Source: Trichosphaerium sp. ATCC 40318 | Lineage: Eukaryota > Protista > Tubulinea | Assembly: GCA_038496445.1 (NCBI GenBank) | Contig: JALMLS010000376.1 | Span: 248,001 to 312,000 of the forward strand | Direction of reading: 5' to 3' | DNA length: 64,000 nt | In this document: positions 13,927-27,578 of the stretch, piece by piece | Layout of the letters: every line of letters begins with the position of its first letter | Position numbering within the stretch: the first letter of the stretch is position 1 | Program-made: the position numbers and the translations under genes | Notes under the pieces: generated by a model | Told to the model about the DNA's origin: nothing | Database searches by the model: none | What the model saw: only the letters and a program-made list of their open reading frames with translations

Positions 13927-15003
13927 TTAACTTCTTGAAGGAAAAACCCCCTGTAGGGCGATAATATAATTCATTACCAGTGTTGGATGGACATTATCTC
14001 CACCTGCTGGTCGTGTAGCGGCAAAAGCGGAACCAGAAACAGTAGTAGTTGTTTCCTCACCTTTTTTTTTGGATTAGTACAAACCCATATTACGAAAAAA
14101 ACACTTACTGATAGTGAAAGTAGCTGCACTTGAATCAACAGTCATACCACTAAGATCGAGATTTGCAGTCGTTGTACCAATACTCTGGTTTTCATCTACA
14201 GATATAGGACAATCTGTACTGGTTTCTTGGCATGACTTTACAACACGAACAAGGTTTTGTTCTTCTCCTGCGGAGGAGCATGGAGGAGTAGAGGAGGAAC
14301 CACCAGTTGAAGTTGTTGCCTTAGTATTAAGATCTAAAGTAACGTCCTGTTCTGTTTGACCTGTAAGGGTTGCAGTTCCTGATACACTTACAGCTTGAAC
14401 AGTAATATCCTGCACTTTTTGGGCTGCGTAAGTGTGCATATGTGCTGCAGCGTTCGTTTCTGATCCTTTTTCATCCCCGAGTCTAAAGGAAACAGAGGTA
14501 TCTAGGGCCATAGTTAATCTCGATTATAGTTGTAGATGTTAGACTTTACCTGGATGTGTTGCTGCGCGACCTCGCAAGTCTGGCAGTCTATTGTAATGTA
14601 AGTTTGGGCCTGAACTAAATCGCGTACGCAAAAGTTGTACGACCATCACCACCATATATAGTACCAAGGAGTGAGAATAGAGCCGAATTTTGGCTGATAG
14701 CTTGTAAAGAATATCAATATTTGTTTTTGCAACTAGAACTGGAAATAAAGGCTTGTTGGTGCGTACGTAGTATTTGTCCCTCACAAAAAGCCCATCCGCG
14801 TGGTGCGAAATTGCCTGCAAACATCTTTATTTCCCCAATAAACGGCTCTGTACACAACACAGCCGTAAAGAATAGCGCAGCTAGTACGATTTGCTAACCT
14901 TATGTTAGAAGCTAAAATAACCAAATGCTCTTGTAGAGGCTAAAACGCGGCTGGAAATAATATAAAATAAAAAAGACAAAGATAAGCTTACGAGTTTGTT
15001 CAT
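13927..15003 (-). CDS. Secreted phage tail-collar domain / MdpB-like fibre protein, copy 1 (5 introns)
   Basis: Spliced product MNKLQIVLAALFFTAVLCTEPFIGEIKMFAGNFAPRGWAFCEGQILPISQNSALFSLLGTIYGGDGRTTFALPDLRGRAATHP...AHMH...DNVHPTLVMNYIIALQGVFPSRS. Confidence 0.92.
14618..14897 (-). repeat. 280-nt dispersed repeat, inverted relative to 40016-40295 (5 mismatches)
   Basis: Manual alignment of the reverse complement against 40016-40295. Confidence 0.95.
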
Positions 15004-15415
15004 TGTGAATGTGTTGATAAAATGCGAAATTGTGCAACTTTATTTTCTGTAGATAACAAAAGTACTTATTTCAATACATCCATTCTCTTTAGCTTTGGCA
15101 TTAGTACGACTACTGAGTGGAATTATAATAGAGTTATCGCAAGGATTCACTATTTATGGATTCAAGAAGAAGAATTGCTACACAAAAATACCACTGAAAT
15201 GTTCACCAAAGAGCTCACACAAACAAACAAAACAACAAGTTGCCGAAAAAATAAATAAAAATAATCCCACCTGTGCTTTTTTGTATATTCAGCAGAAATT
15301 ACATAGGAAACCACTCTGTTGATTCTATTGTTTTTGGCGCAGTATTCAAACAATTTATAATTTGCCTCAGATGCAGCAAAGCAATGTTACGGTAATTTTT
15401 TTTTTTTTGTTTGAA

Positions 15416-16930
15416 TTACTTATTTACAAATTTACAAAAAAATGGTTTGGCTATTTCATCTGATAGTTCGTTTTCCAGAAACAACAATACTAAAGTTTTA
15501 ATTTCTTTTCTTCCCAATTCCTCTGTACTTTCTCCATAAGCACGAGCAGTAGCATTATCCCATGTTTTCTGATGAAAGTGTCAATCTACAAAGCCTCTAA
15601 AAGCCTCAAAGGTTTTCTTTTGAACTTCAATGTACTCGCGTAAAGGAAAAAAAAAATGGCGCAGTGTCAGCTCTACGACATTATCGTGAAGAGGATAGTA
15701 GGACCTTGGGTCAAAAAAAAAAAAAAAAACAGAAAAACACAGAAAATAATTTCATCTTGACATGCCTTTATGTATTTTTTAGCCACCCACGCTATTACAC
15801 GTTAGTATTTATCGAATAAGAGTACTTGCGCGGGTTTTTAAATAAAACAAAAAATCATAAGTCCGCGTACGCACCTTGCCAGCCATGCAAGTGCTTGTAT
15901 TTCTCTACAAATGTGTCTTTGGATATTATTCCATCACCTCTACGAAGCGTCAGAGAGTCTACAAAAATTTTTTGGGCTTTTTTGGTTTTTTTTTTGAGTG
16001 GCGTGCCTGCTATAATTGTTTATAAAGTAATCAAGCCAAGAATTGAGTAATTTCTACAATTCGCGAGTTAGCAAAAAAAAGATTGTCGCGCAATTTTTGT
16101 CGGAGTAACGTTGGTCGGAAATAAGTACCTCAAACGTTTCCTTGTCCATGAAAGAGGCCTCTTTAAAAATTTTGTGCTTGAATACAAAGTCATACACCAA
16201 CTACGCTGAGAGTTAGACAGCCACTTTTAAAATCGCCTCGTGTACGTTCTGGACTTCCTTAGACGAGCTGACCAAGCCTAATACGCAAAAAGAAATTAAA
16301 AAATTAGAAACATAATTTTTGTACAAAACCTGATGGAAGTAATACCAGCTCCAACGCAGATACAATTTCGTCTTGGTTAAAGGTGTTAACGTTAACAGGA
16401 TAATTGGTTTTTTGTTACAAACAAAATTAATGCTATTTACCAATTGAGATCTCTTCTTGTGAAATTGGCTCCTGTATCGTGCTGCGACGCTTGATAGAGC
16501 AAAATATAGCTTCCGAGGTTGCTTCTAGCTTTTAGCAATTTGAAACAATTTTTTTTTTTCTAACTTACAAACGTTCGAAGTAACTGGTTCCATTATCGCT
16601 ATACCCTACTTAATTCTTCCCGTTTTCGTTAGTCTAAAGAGCCTGAACACACTTTCCAGGCTGGGACGTCTGAAACGGCGGCCACGCCCTTTATTTTGAT
16701 GTTGCAGTCGCTTGTACAAACGCTATTAACTGTTAATACGCATATTGACCGTCTCAACCAAAAAAAAAATACGAAACGAAGTAAGGCTTATGCTCGCTAT
16801 ATTACAGTCTTGTACAGAATTTTCGGTTACTTTCACGCCTGGAAGGGTTGAAAGTTGTTGCAACAAAGTAGGAAAAAAGCTTATTAAGTTTCGCCGTTTG
16901 ACTTTCTATCTTTGTCGTTGCGCTCTCCAT
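15416..16930 (-). CDS. Multi-exon hypothetical protein (possibly degenerate EF-hand-like)
   Basis: Chain of short open exons with GT-AG boundaries (e.g. RRGDGIISKDTFVEKYKHLHGWQ, LGRKEIKTLVLLFLENEL). Exon phasing is not fully resolved. Confidence 0.45.
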
Positions 16931-17037
16931 CCAATTAGAGAGTTACCACCACTCCCAGCTATTGTTTTTTTATATTTTTGGTGCAAACGGAGATTTTTGA
17001 TTGAAGTATTGATAGACAGGCGCAAACAGTGATACCA

Positions 17038-20000
17038 CTATTCATCAGAGCTCTCTAGTAATGCGTCAACGTCCTCCTTATCTGGTTCGTCTTTTTCCCC
17101 TTTTAGAGAGTTTTTAATAATATCCTCACTAATTGAGCTTTTAGCGCCTTCCAACGCGCTTTCATTATCTCTGGTGGTATTATCTAGCGAGTTATTTGAC
17201 TCTGGGACATCGGTAACCCCGGTATCCCGATCATCAATTACTCCTACAATCGATATCAGTACGCGTATTAATAACGTATAGGGTCTTTACAGTACCTTTT
17301 TCAGAGTCATCAATACCTATTTTCTCTTTTTGGGAAGAAGCATCAGTGACGCCAGTATCGCGTGAACCCTCGTCGTCTTTAGCATCACCATTGTTCGACA
17401 CGGAATCTTCATAGCTTGATTCAAGCTCCGCACCATCTTTAGCAGTTGTACTCGTTGTTTGTTTGGTTCTAGGTAGAAAAGTAAGACAAAGATAGATAAA
17501 AATCCTTGGAGATACGCACTTGTCCTCCTCTCCTTTTAGGTCTGTGGAGCTGTTTTGGGATTCCTCTAGTGTTGAAGAAGAAACCAAGTAGTATAAGTTA
17601 TCATTGGACGTTGATTTATAAGGTTTCAAGTCCTTCTCATCTAGCTCCGCAATAGCAGCTTTGTTATCACTGATTTCTTTTTCAGAACCTTCTGGTTTCG
17701 TAACTTCTATCTTTGTATCTTTTACTGCTGCCTCACTTGATGTAGGGCTAGATATAAAACTACGTTTTCGTTTCACTTTAGCACCAGTTAATCTTTCACG
17801 TCTAGCGCTTCTCCTTCTTTAAATAAAGTTAAATCAATGTCCAGTCAAAAACAAAATGATAAAATATTGATATTCACCTTTGTTGTGGTGATGCTCCCGC
17901 TCCTAGTATTGTTCATAAGTAATCACTTGGTTGATAATTATTTAGAATTGCGTACCTGATTTAAATTGTAGTCTTGTTATTTTCGCATCAGTAACAGCTG
18001 ACTTTCGGGATTGTACACCCATTGACCGTCTGCGATTTTTTTTACTCATTTTTGTAGCTTCTGTTTCAACTGACAGTTTTACTCCACCTCCACTCTTTCT
18101 GGATCTACCTTCACTTGATACTGCACTACATGCTGCCAAAAGAGCATCTACAAGAGCGTCTGGGCGTTGCTTAAGCAAGTAGGCTTTAAAGTCATCGTCT
18201 AGGAGCCATTAATCATCAGCTTGAGGCAACACGTTACCAACCTGATTTTGCCTGTTTATGTATTTTTCTGGCGCTCTTCGTCTTTTCTTTTGCTGTGCCG
18301 AAGCGCAATGAGTATAATGTTGTTTGATATGACTTCTCATCAACAGCAGTTCTCTCTTAAAGCGTAGGTGAGATGAAGAATTGTTTGCATGGATCCTAAA
18401 AAAAGACGTACTCTTTGTGACCTTTGGCGGTGAAGGAGCAACAAAACTTTTAAGTATTGTTCTTGACGATTTACTTCTACCTCGCACTTTTAAGTGCGCC
18501 AAGCCTCTAGGACGTGGACGCTCTGGTGTGATGCTGCGTTTTGGAGGATCAACAGCTTCTATACTCACCTTAAGTGGCGATTTAACAACATTTGCATAAG
18601 CATTAGCGTATTGATCATGTTTGGCCTCCGCTGGCTAGAAGAGGAAAAAAATTAATTCATAGAAAAAGTGTCAAAGAAGAAGCTATTAAAAAAACGTACA
18701 CGTAGTTTATCGTAGTGCTCAACTAACAAACTAACTACGTCTGACTGAAATTGTAGTTCAGTTATAGGATCTAATGTTGAGGTGCCATTGCCCTTTAATA
18801 TAGTAGGTCCGAAAACAATACCCAAGTTATTAGAAGTCATCATATTAATCTCTGACTTTTGGGTGATGGCATGTAAAAGGTCAAGTAATGCGTGTAGAAT
18901 ATCTCTGTTAGTCTCAGTTAGACTAGGAATACACCTAAAATTCATTTAGTACCCTTGAAGTCTATTTAATTAAAAAAATAAATTCCTACTTACTCATCCT
19001 TGAGGTTTGCAATTCTGTCTTCTATGCTATCAATCTCTACAACAAAAGTCATTTATTTGTTGTAAAAAATAAATAAGCTCTATCGTACTTAAAGCGTCCA
19101 TAAACTTATCATGACATGTATCACATAGTAGAGGGTTTTCTCGAAGCCATAACTTCAATGCACTAGCAATACTATTATGGTTTTCTCCAATAGGAGTTTC
19201 TATAATGTTGTTACTATCAAAAGACGCCCAAACTAAAAACGTACCACCATTACCCATGCTGACGTGTATCCTATCTATATCCTCTTTAACACCAGGTACA
19301 CGGAAAATACCTTGTATCTCGAGTGCTTCTGCTTTTAAGAGAGCACAAACTTTAGCAAATGTTGGGAACGTGAGTTTAGGTTCCATTGAAGATGTTGAGG
19401 CGCGACTATTTGAAAGGCTACCTCTAAAAACAAATTATCAGTGGAATGATTTTCTTTTTGGTAACAAGATTGCTAAGCTATGTTCAACGTACGCTTTTTT
19501 CCTACTTTTTGCTGCTTCTTTGATCTCTTTCTTGCGATGTCTTTCTTTTTTACTCCTGTGTAGTAAAACATTAGCACTAGTTTAGGAAATTCCAACAAAT
19601 AATAGTAGTTCGACGTACTTCTTTAACTTTTTCTTCTTTTTTTCACTTTCACCCTGGAATACTGTTTTTAGCAACTTAATGTAACGTTATTATTTGTACC
19701 TCTGGGAAGAGTTCCATTGGATCAATCTCTGGTGGAATAAGAGCAGCATTGGCGTCAATAACTAAACAAGCATAAATATCAAAATAACATCATTTCAGCG
19801 TTGTAAAAACGTACTATCTTGAGGATCTGAATCGCTCAATTTTTTGTAGACAAGCACCTAAAATTTTCTTAACTATGTCTGTATAAGAATAGAAAAATGT
19901 ACGTCGTTAGGAACAGACTCTCCATATGGTAAAAGTTCTCCTTGTGGCGTATATAATCCATAAATCTTTAGTTCTCTCCTGACTTTTTGTACAATTTGTT

Positions 20001-21176
20001 GTAACACTCCAAAAACAGTTGTATCCTAAAAAGAAACTATCACGTGAATGCCACTCTTCTTGTGAAAAAACGTACCTCCCAAGTTTCGATCTTTTCTATC
20101 TCTCCTCCAAGTACTGTAACTGTAATTGTAGAACTCTCAGCGACAGTTGAACGTAGTTGCACAAGATCCTATCAATAAATAAATTTCTCAAGGTTAATTA
20201 CGGCAATCTCTTCTCCCGTACTCCGTCTGAGAGTAAGTAGCTTCCTAGCACGCGCGTTGGGTACAAAAAAATACCAGATGTTGGTAAGTAGGCTGAGAAT
20301 TGTTGGTCTTTGTTTTTTTCCTTCTTATTCAAAAATGGCATTGATATTACCTCTGCCACCTGTACAGATTTGTCAGAAAAACAAATTTGTTGTGATACTG
20401 TTGGGGTCAACTGACAAAAAATATGTACCGTTAACGACTCTCTGAGCGCCATTTGGGTGTATTCGCCTTGATGTTCGATGTTCACAGATACTGACGGCCT
20501 GTCGTGTCCATCGAATTTCTTGTTGTTTTTTTTCTTTATACGGTATGGTAGCTTCGTACTGCGTCTTCTTTTCTTTTTTTCGTCGTGTAGTAGCATGGAT
20601 TGAACGCTAACCGAAAACGACCTGCCTCTACTGTCTGTAGCCGCATTTGGATCAAATCCCATGGTACTAAGAGCTTTGCGTGCTGAATTCGGCTGCCCAG
20701 TTGAGGGTCCAGTTGTTCTGTTTGCGCTTAGTGGCAAGTAACCGACACCTACAAGGCGCGTTAGAACAATTTTGCTTTGATTATTCAATTTGGTGATAAT
20801 AATGTAAAAGAGTGTTGTTTACGCCATACCTTCTGAGGCTAGCTTGCTTCTACCATTTCGTTCCGTTCTGGAGGACGATACTCCACTAAGTCGACTGGGC
20901 CTCTTAGAAGAGCTACGTTTAGCTATTGGAGTTAGAAGTTGGCGTGATACAGCATTTACAGCGTACAGGATTGATGTTCTGTTTTTAACATCTTAGGCTA
21001 TGAGCACTGTATGCGCAACAGGCAATTTTCAGGCGTAGAAGAACTCTAGAATAAACAAACAGAATTGTTAAGACACAAAGGGGCTAAGTTTGCTATAATT
21101 ACTCAATGTACACTAAAAACTTGTACTGAGCTACCTTACGAGCACCAGCAACCTCAACATACGGACTTTGGAACAT
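17038..21176 (-). CDS. RhoGAP protein with N-terminal ubiquitin-like (talin F0/F1- or RA-like) domains and a long disordered C-terminus
   Basis: Arginine finger IQGIFRVPG, plus IASALKLWLRE and NMMTSNNLGIVFGPTIL. Stop after DALLESSDE at 17038. The 5' exons are approximate. Confidence 0.88.
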
Positions 21177-21361
21177 TTTGTACTTAATCATTGATTAATA
21201 ATGCAGTTTTCTGGAGGAACTCTCGGTCGACTGACAAAGCCGATAGTAACTTTAAAGTCATCTTATTATCCTTTTGTTCTAATTTTACTTGCTGTTTAGT
21301 CTAGTGTACACTAGCCCTTTCGCTAGGTTGTTGCTTTTTTTCTTTTCTACGTCCCGTTTTT

Positions 21362-24185
21362 TCACACTTGTTGTTGGTATGGGTGTTTCTGTATTAGGAA
21401 TACGTTGACAAATTGAAATAAGCGTTTCTTTTGTTTTGCTATACGTATAGCAATAATCAGCCTAGGTATTTGATAAACTAGGAACGCAATGCTTGCTACA
21501 CCTAAAAAAGAAGTTGCATTAGTTCTTTGTAAAATTTTTTTCAAGTTTCTTTTTTTGAGATGATCATTGAGGGTTTAGTTACTCATTCACTTACTAATAC
21601 TGATCATTGTTGAAAATAACCACAAGAACATATCATCGTCAGTGTCTAGATTATGTGTCCATAAGTCGTACATGGCAAAGATAGATCCACCAAAAATAAA
21701 TAGCCCTAAGAAAGAAATTACAACCGTTGCAAATAATTAAGGCTGCTTCTATCTCACCAACAAATATCTGAAGTCCAAGAATACGCAAAATAGCATACGG
21801 TCCAGAATATAATGTACGATTAAGTTCCCAATCAGCGAAATGCTCAAGTGCTGTGTGAACATCTCGAGGTATTGTACCAGCACTCATTGGTGGCTAAATG
21901 CACTCAGGAAAACATGGTAAGTAAGTTCAACGCACCTTTATAAATGCGTTACTCATGGGATCTAAAACTTCAACATCCTGGCATTACGTTAACTGAAAGT
22001 TTGTGATAAAAAAGTTTATCTTGACGGACCTGATGATGCTTCTTAATACCAGAAATGATCAGTTCGTGTTTGTTGCGTGTCAATCTATACAAAAATGCCA
22101 TGAATACTTGAACTAATTTAATAACACCACCAAGCACGTGAATGAGTCGTATAGCTAAGATCACTTTACTGGGCACATCTTGTAGTACTGAAGTCTTTAA
22201 AAAAAATAAGAAATAAGCACGTTTGCAATAACGTACTCCTGGTGTGCCCATAGAATTCTCATAGCCCAAGAACAGTACAATACCAAGACTAATTAGACCA
22301 ATGGCATCCGCAATCGTCCAGCATAAACGCTTAGTTGCCTCAAATTGTGCTTCCCTTTAGTAGATAGGTTAGCATTCTTTCACGTGGTATAATGGTTACC
22401 GTCTTGCTCCAGAACGTAGTTGATCAAGCTCTATTGCATCTGCCTGCATACCAAACGCAAATATATCGTGTCCGGCCTGACCAATGCCATCCAAAGCGCC
22501 ATAGATACATGCAACGACAAACGGAGCCTACCAGTTTGGTTTAACAAGAGGAAATAATAATGAAGTTGTATTACTGGTGACGATGTATGAGAAGGTAGTG
22601 ATGCAACAATTATATGAGCTACGATGCGGAAGAGTAAAGCCATTTGTAGGCCAGTTTTATTTTCCATGTAGACACCTATCTCATGGTTAATAAGTGAGGT
22701 AATATGCTAATAAAGCAGTACCAATCTTAGCCCAAACCCCAGAAGAAATTGTTGAAGTGGCAGCAGTTATACATATAACTATTCCTGTATGTAACCAGTC
22801 AAGTTGAAAATAGACTGTATGGGTGAATATATTTGGTAAGTAGATGAGTCTACATTCGAAATGTCAGTGACATTGAATAAATTAAAATGAATGAATGTAC
22901 CTGGGCAAAGTTGTAATAAGTACAAGAATCAAAAATGGAGTATTTTGAAACATGCTTATCAACCCAGGTATAGGACTACGTCGGTACTAGAACAAGTTTG
23001 AGAAACATAACATATTACATCAGCGTACTGCAATAATAGCTCCAATATCTCGTCGCTCTCTCACAAAAATACATAGAAGTCCAAACATAAAAACCAGAGC
23101 TAAAAATTCTTAGATTATTCTTCTTACAAACTAGTTTTTGTTTTACCTGCACCAAGTACTATACCAATCAATTCTATCCGGTCGAGTTTTAATTCACCGT
23201 AATGATAAATTAGGAATGGGATAGCTCCCGCAAAAGAACCTATGCCCGAAAAGACTGAGCGCCAACTGCAATCAAATAAGCTTTAATAGTTCTTGGGAAA
23301 AGACTGTTACCCGTATAACATAATTCTAGAGTCTGAACGAAGCTCCAATTGTATACCCCACGCGTTATAGAAAATATCATGCAACACCTAAGCAAAGTGT
23401 GAAAAAACTTTTCTCATTTAACAAATTATAATTGATGCTAACTGACACGTGACACTTGTAGTGCGTCACTGCGAAGCAGCAAAAATATGGGAAAGTATTT
23501 CAGTTGAGCAGCAGTACCAAACATGGAAGTAATACACCACCCGTAGCGAATAAAATATCTTTAGCGTTTGTACTTGTGACACGCGCTTGAGTTATAAATA
23601 ATAGAATTATCCCAGCTGCACCTAACATTGTACATGGAATCATGTATTTTGCCCTTCTGTATTTTGCGCCATCATCAGCCACCCATGTTATCAGTGGCGA
23701 TATGCATACTATGAGTAATGTTAGAACCACTAAGCGTATTGTAGAGTTTTTTTTCTTTGACACTTTGTCATAAACATGAATTCGTACCTAAAAATGTTCC
23801 AGACGTTATAAAAGCAAATACAAACGGTTTAGGGTCTGCCTGCCCTTTAATATCTGTAAACAGATACATTTGAATAAACGCTGCCGTGCACGCTACAGCA
23901 GCGCGTAGAGCAAGTGCTGGGAATGCGTATGCAACTTTTCTCAACAGACCCTTTGCATTTTTGTTAATAATAACGCCACGACTATTATAGTCTGCAAATA
24001 CGTACAGGCTTCTCTTTTTGAAATAAGTCTGGGTCAAAACTGTTGTTATCGTGAAGAAAATCAGTTTCACCAATGGAAGATTGAAGGTAGACATTTCTCA
24101 AATGTTCTGCCCTCATTGGGTGCCAGTAACGTGAGAAAACAAGAAATTGCTTGAATACTTGGGAATTTTCTTTATTTTCTGACAT
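21362..24185 (-). CDS. MFS_2 (glycoside-pentoside-hexuronide / MFSD2-like) transporter with C-terminal extra TM segments
   Basis: Motifs SPLITWVADDGAKYRR, WRSVFSGIGSFAGAIP and the spliced MQADAIELDQLRSGARREAQF. Confidence 0.82.
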
Positions 24186-24319
24186 GATTAAACCCCTTCT
24201 TGGGTTAAAGTAGTGTTTTTGTACAATTTCGAACGCGACAACGCCTTTCTACGCTATACATCTGCCGTGGGATGGTCCAACGGTTTTTTTATCGGTTTTT
24301 GCATTTGCGTAGTGCTACA

Positions 24320-26358
24320 TCATACTTGGCTTGTTGGTCTACAAAATATGTTAATAAATCGCGGCATCATTTCAGCATGTATATTAGTCCAATCCGTCCT
24401 AATAGCTGTGAGTACTTTAATTTTTTTTTTTCTTTAAAACTCACTTTTCGCCATCTATGCCAATGATAGAAGTTACTTTTTGCTTATTAGCTCTTAGCCT
24501 TACAGCTTTGCAACTAAACGATTGATGTTCTGGACTCAATGGCTCTGGATCTTCTTTAAAGCTTCGACTCAATAATTTAAACATACTCCCTCTGGTACTC
24601 GTCTTTTTGGTAACCATAAGGTTCATTAAACCTAACAACTTCATTAACTCATCTTCCAAAACTTATTATCACTCACCATCATCCATTTTACTGCTTTCTG
24701 AAAAGCCATTATCAACAGACAAGTAACGTACATTGGAAACTAAAAAAAATCTTGAAAAATAGTTAGTAAACACTTATTGATTTCCTAAGCCTCCTCTTTA
24801 CCTTATCTGTCCAGATATAGTTTGCCAGTTGTATTTGTCAGCATTATCGTAAATCTCCATAGGTATGCTTGTGTCTTCTTCCTCTTCTTTGTCTTCATCT
24901 TCTTTTTCTTCATCTTCTTTATCATCATCTTTACCGTCTTCTTCGGTTTCGTCTTCTTTGGCTTCGTCTTCATCTTTTTCTTCCTTTTCCTCTTTGGAAT
25001 CCTTCTTTTCTCCAATTACTTCTATTTCTTGGTTTGTATCCTTTCCTGCCTTCCAATCATCTTCTGTTAGATATTCAATACTACCATCATAAGTTCTATG
25101 TGTTATCCACCTTAAAGCGCCCCATGCTAGGAATCTAGCACCAGCCATCCACCTAGATTGCGTGTTAACCCAGCGATCTTTACAATGAAAGTTCAAACAC
25201 ACCTGGCTTTTTCTGATTCAAAATCTAAATCCGACAAGAAAGCCCATTCAACGCTAAGAAACCCATAGCGCCGAGCTTCTGTATCCATATTTCTAAATAA
25301 CATAATATCCAAGTCCTGCTTGAAACCTAGACAGAGCAAGATAAGAAAAAAAGAAGTTGAGATAAAAAATTAAAGGTACCATTTAGAATGGCCCAGGCCG
25401 ATGATAGGGTATCAGGTATCAACAAGTTGCGCGCTAATCCATTACCACTTCCAGCAGGTATTAGACCTATTGATATTAATTACGTAGCGCGACTTTACTC
25501 TACAAAATCTTACCGACAGGAACATTAGCTGCAGTTTTCCACTCCTTGCGCTTTAGCAAACCATTTACAATCTCGTTTAAGATGCCATCACCTCCAACAG
25601 CGACAATACCTCCCCAACTTTGAAGTTCATCGTCTGGCATTGCTGCCACTAGGTCTTCAGCCTCTCCTGGGGCTTTTGTAACTGACATGTATTAACTACT
25701 GTATACTCAAGCGGAGATTCTTCTATTGCTTACTGTACGCTTTAGTTTCAACACCACCCAGTACAAGATTGTACCGGGCGTCTTTCCATTTATCAACTGC
25801 CTTTCCGTTGCCGCTGGTAGGGTTGATGAACGCCAGAATTTTACGGGGTTGATTTACTACATGAGGTTGGAATTTGTAGAATTTTTTTATAAGGTTAACG
25901 TACCTCTTTGTTGGCGTATCACGGCGTTAATTTTAGTGATCCATAGGTCTGTTTTTTCTACATCGTCTTTTTCGGCTCTAAAAGCGCAATACTGTCTAGT
26001 CAAGCGTTTCAATGGGTCGTTGGCCTTTCAAGTATTAGGAGGTGCTATTAGAGCCATTCTCACTTACCTTTGCCGGTTTGACATAAAATACAACAAACAT
26101 TTCTTTTACTCCCTTGTGCCTTTTTGCGCCCAGCATACTCGATATTTGTACGCGATGAACGCGACCGGCTAATAAATTAGTTTTAAATACATAATTGTTG
26201 TACATGCCTTTGCCTGATATACGAGCCCATATTAACTCCGCATCAGTGAGTTCTACGGCGTATGAAACATTTTCAAACCAAAAAGTGTCCTGGAACGTGT
26301 CCATCTCTTCACTGGTTTCAGACGCAACCAAGCTGCAAACAGAACCCGCTTTCTCCAT
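24320..26358 (-). CDS. Sphingosine/ceramide kinase (DAGK catalytic domain with N-terminal PH-like region)
   Basis: Motifs VFINPTSGNGK, VGGDGILNEIVNGLL, LIPAGSGNGLA and GIDGE; acidic insert at about 24870-25010. Confidence 0.92.
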
Positions 26359-26700
26359 TGCCTTATTCAGAATAACTACGGTAAAATGAAAATTACGTAA
26401 AATTTCAGCTGTCAACATCTTGACACATTGCCTCAACCTAAAACTGTAAATTATCGTCTAGAGACGTAATAAATGCACCTGAATGCATCAGCTACAAAAC
26501 GGTGTCCGTTTAAACACACTACAGGTAAGTTTACAACGGCACAGGTGTTGGTACAACGTTTAATTCGGTTTGTTCTTAATATTTATTTACTGTTACACGC
26601 TGTACTGCAGTGCAAAGATAACATACGCAGCGTCGCGACATTGATGCTGTTCATTGTTCAAAGATATATCGAGGTAGAGTAATGTACAGACTGCATTTGT

Positions 26701-27209
26701 TTAAGGTTGATATTCAACAGCGTCACCACCTTCATCCCATGTGTATGAATACACTTCAAAACTCAAACCTGCCAATGGGCCTTCGTGTAGCTTATTTCTT
26801 CGTTAACACAGTAAAATAGCGAATTATAGGTACCTCAATTGGTGTAGGGTCATCTCTGGCGTAGCAACAACCTCCTGGAGCGTGTGGAACAACTCTATTA
26901 AATATTAGACTGCGGTAATTATCGTTTAGAGTGCCTTGGTATTGGGTGAGCGCAAGCACTGATCCAATCTTCGCCCTCTTGATAATATTTTGCTATTATC
27001 TTTGGGTTAACTTCACGAGCTCGCTGGCGGAATACTGATTGCGCTTCTCTGAGTTTGAAAAATACATTGTGGTTAAAGACGTAGTGACTACGAATCTCAC
27101 GTAATATACGTCTATATTGTCTTGTTACTTTGTTTTTGTGCGTTAGACGCTTTGTTTCCTTTGGATAATTCCAAAGCATTCTGCGCAAACCAGCGTTACT
27201 TGTCCACAT
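26701..27209 (-). CDS. NDUFB9: NADH dehydrogenase (complex I) subunit B22/NDUFB9, LYR family
   Basis: HKNKVTRQYRRILRE (LYR-like), F-R motif, and spliced AHPIP..VVPHAPGGCCYAR matching the HPxP..PGGxxYxR signature. Confidence 0.8.
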
Positions 27210-27578
27210 AGTGCTTTCTCCCAATAACTACTGTGGTTGGATGATGTTGTCAAGGGTATTCCAGGCAGAAAATTGTTCGGAAGAAAAACAGTTTTATTTT
27301 CAGCAAAAGTTGTTTCAAATTATTGTTCTGTGGCTAATTAAGAAATCAACCACGTGCTTAGGCACTGTGATGTTCATCTGTTGTTAACAACGCGTCAGTT
27401 GATAGAATAGTACGTGAACAAGTGTGTTGCACAGTGGAAATACTAACAAATTTCTGTTCCCAACTGAAATCACTGAAATCTATTGCAAAAATATGGTCTT
27501 TTTGTCATTGAACCAACAAAGAAAGGCACGTCTCCATTATGAACATTTTATGTTTTGTCTAACTCGACAATAGGATCA

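Noticed and set aside
14539-14820. ORF-track protein MQAISHHADGLFVRD... (and its twin at 40093-40365)
   Set aside because: This is a wrong-frame read through the collar exons and introns; the spliced frame gives the recognisable collar domain.
13927-15003. Prophage or bacterial contamination explaining the tail-collar genes
   Set aside because: Both genes have five GT-AG introns and signal peptides, are flanked by eukaryotic genes, and have no other phage genes nearby.
16650-16712. Capping-protein-interaction-like motif (LQHQNKGRGRRFRRP) as part of the RhoGAP
   Set aside because: The RhoGAP frame stops at 17038 and another frame of this exon is equally open, so the motif cannot be supported.
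24822-25138. Several overlapping plus-strand ORFs
   Set aside because: Shadows of the acidic D/E/K insert in the sphingosine kinase.
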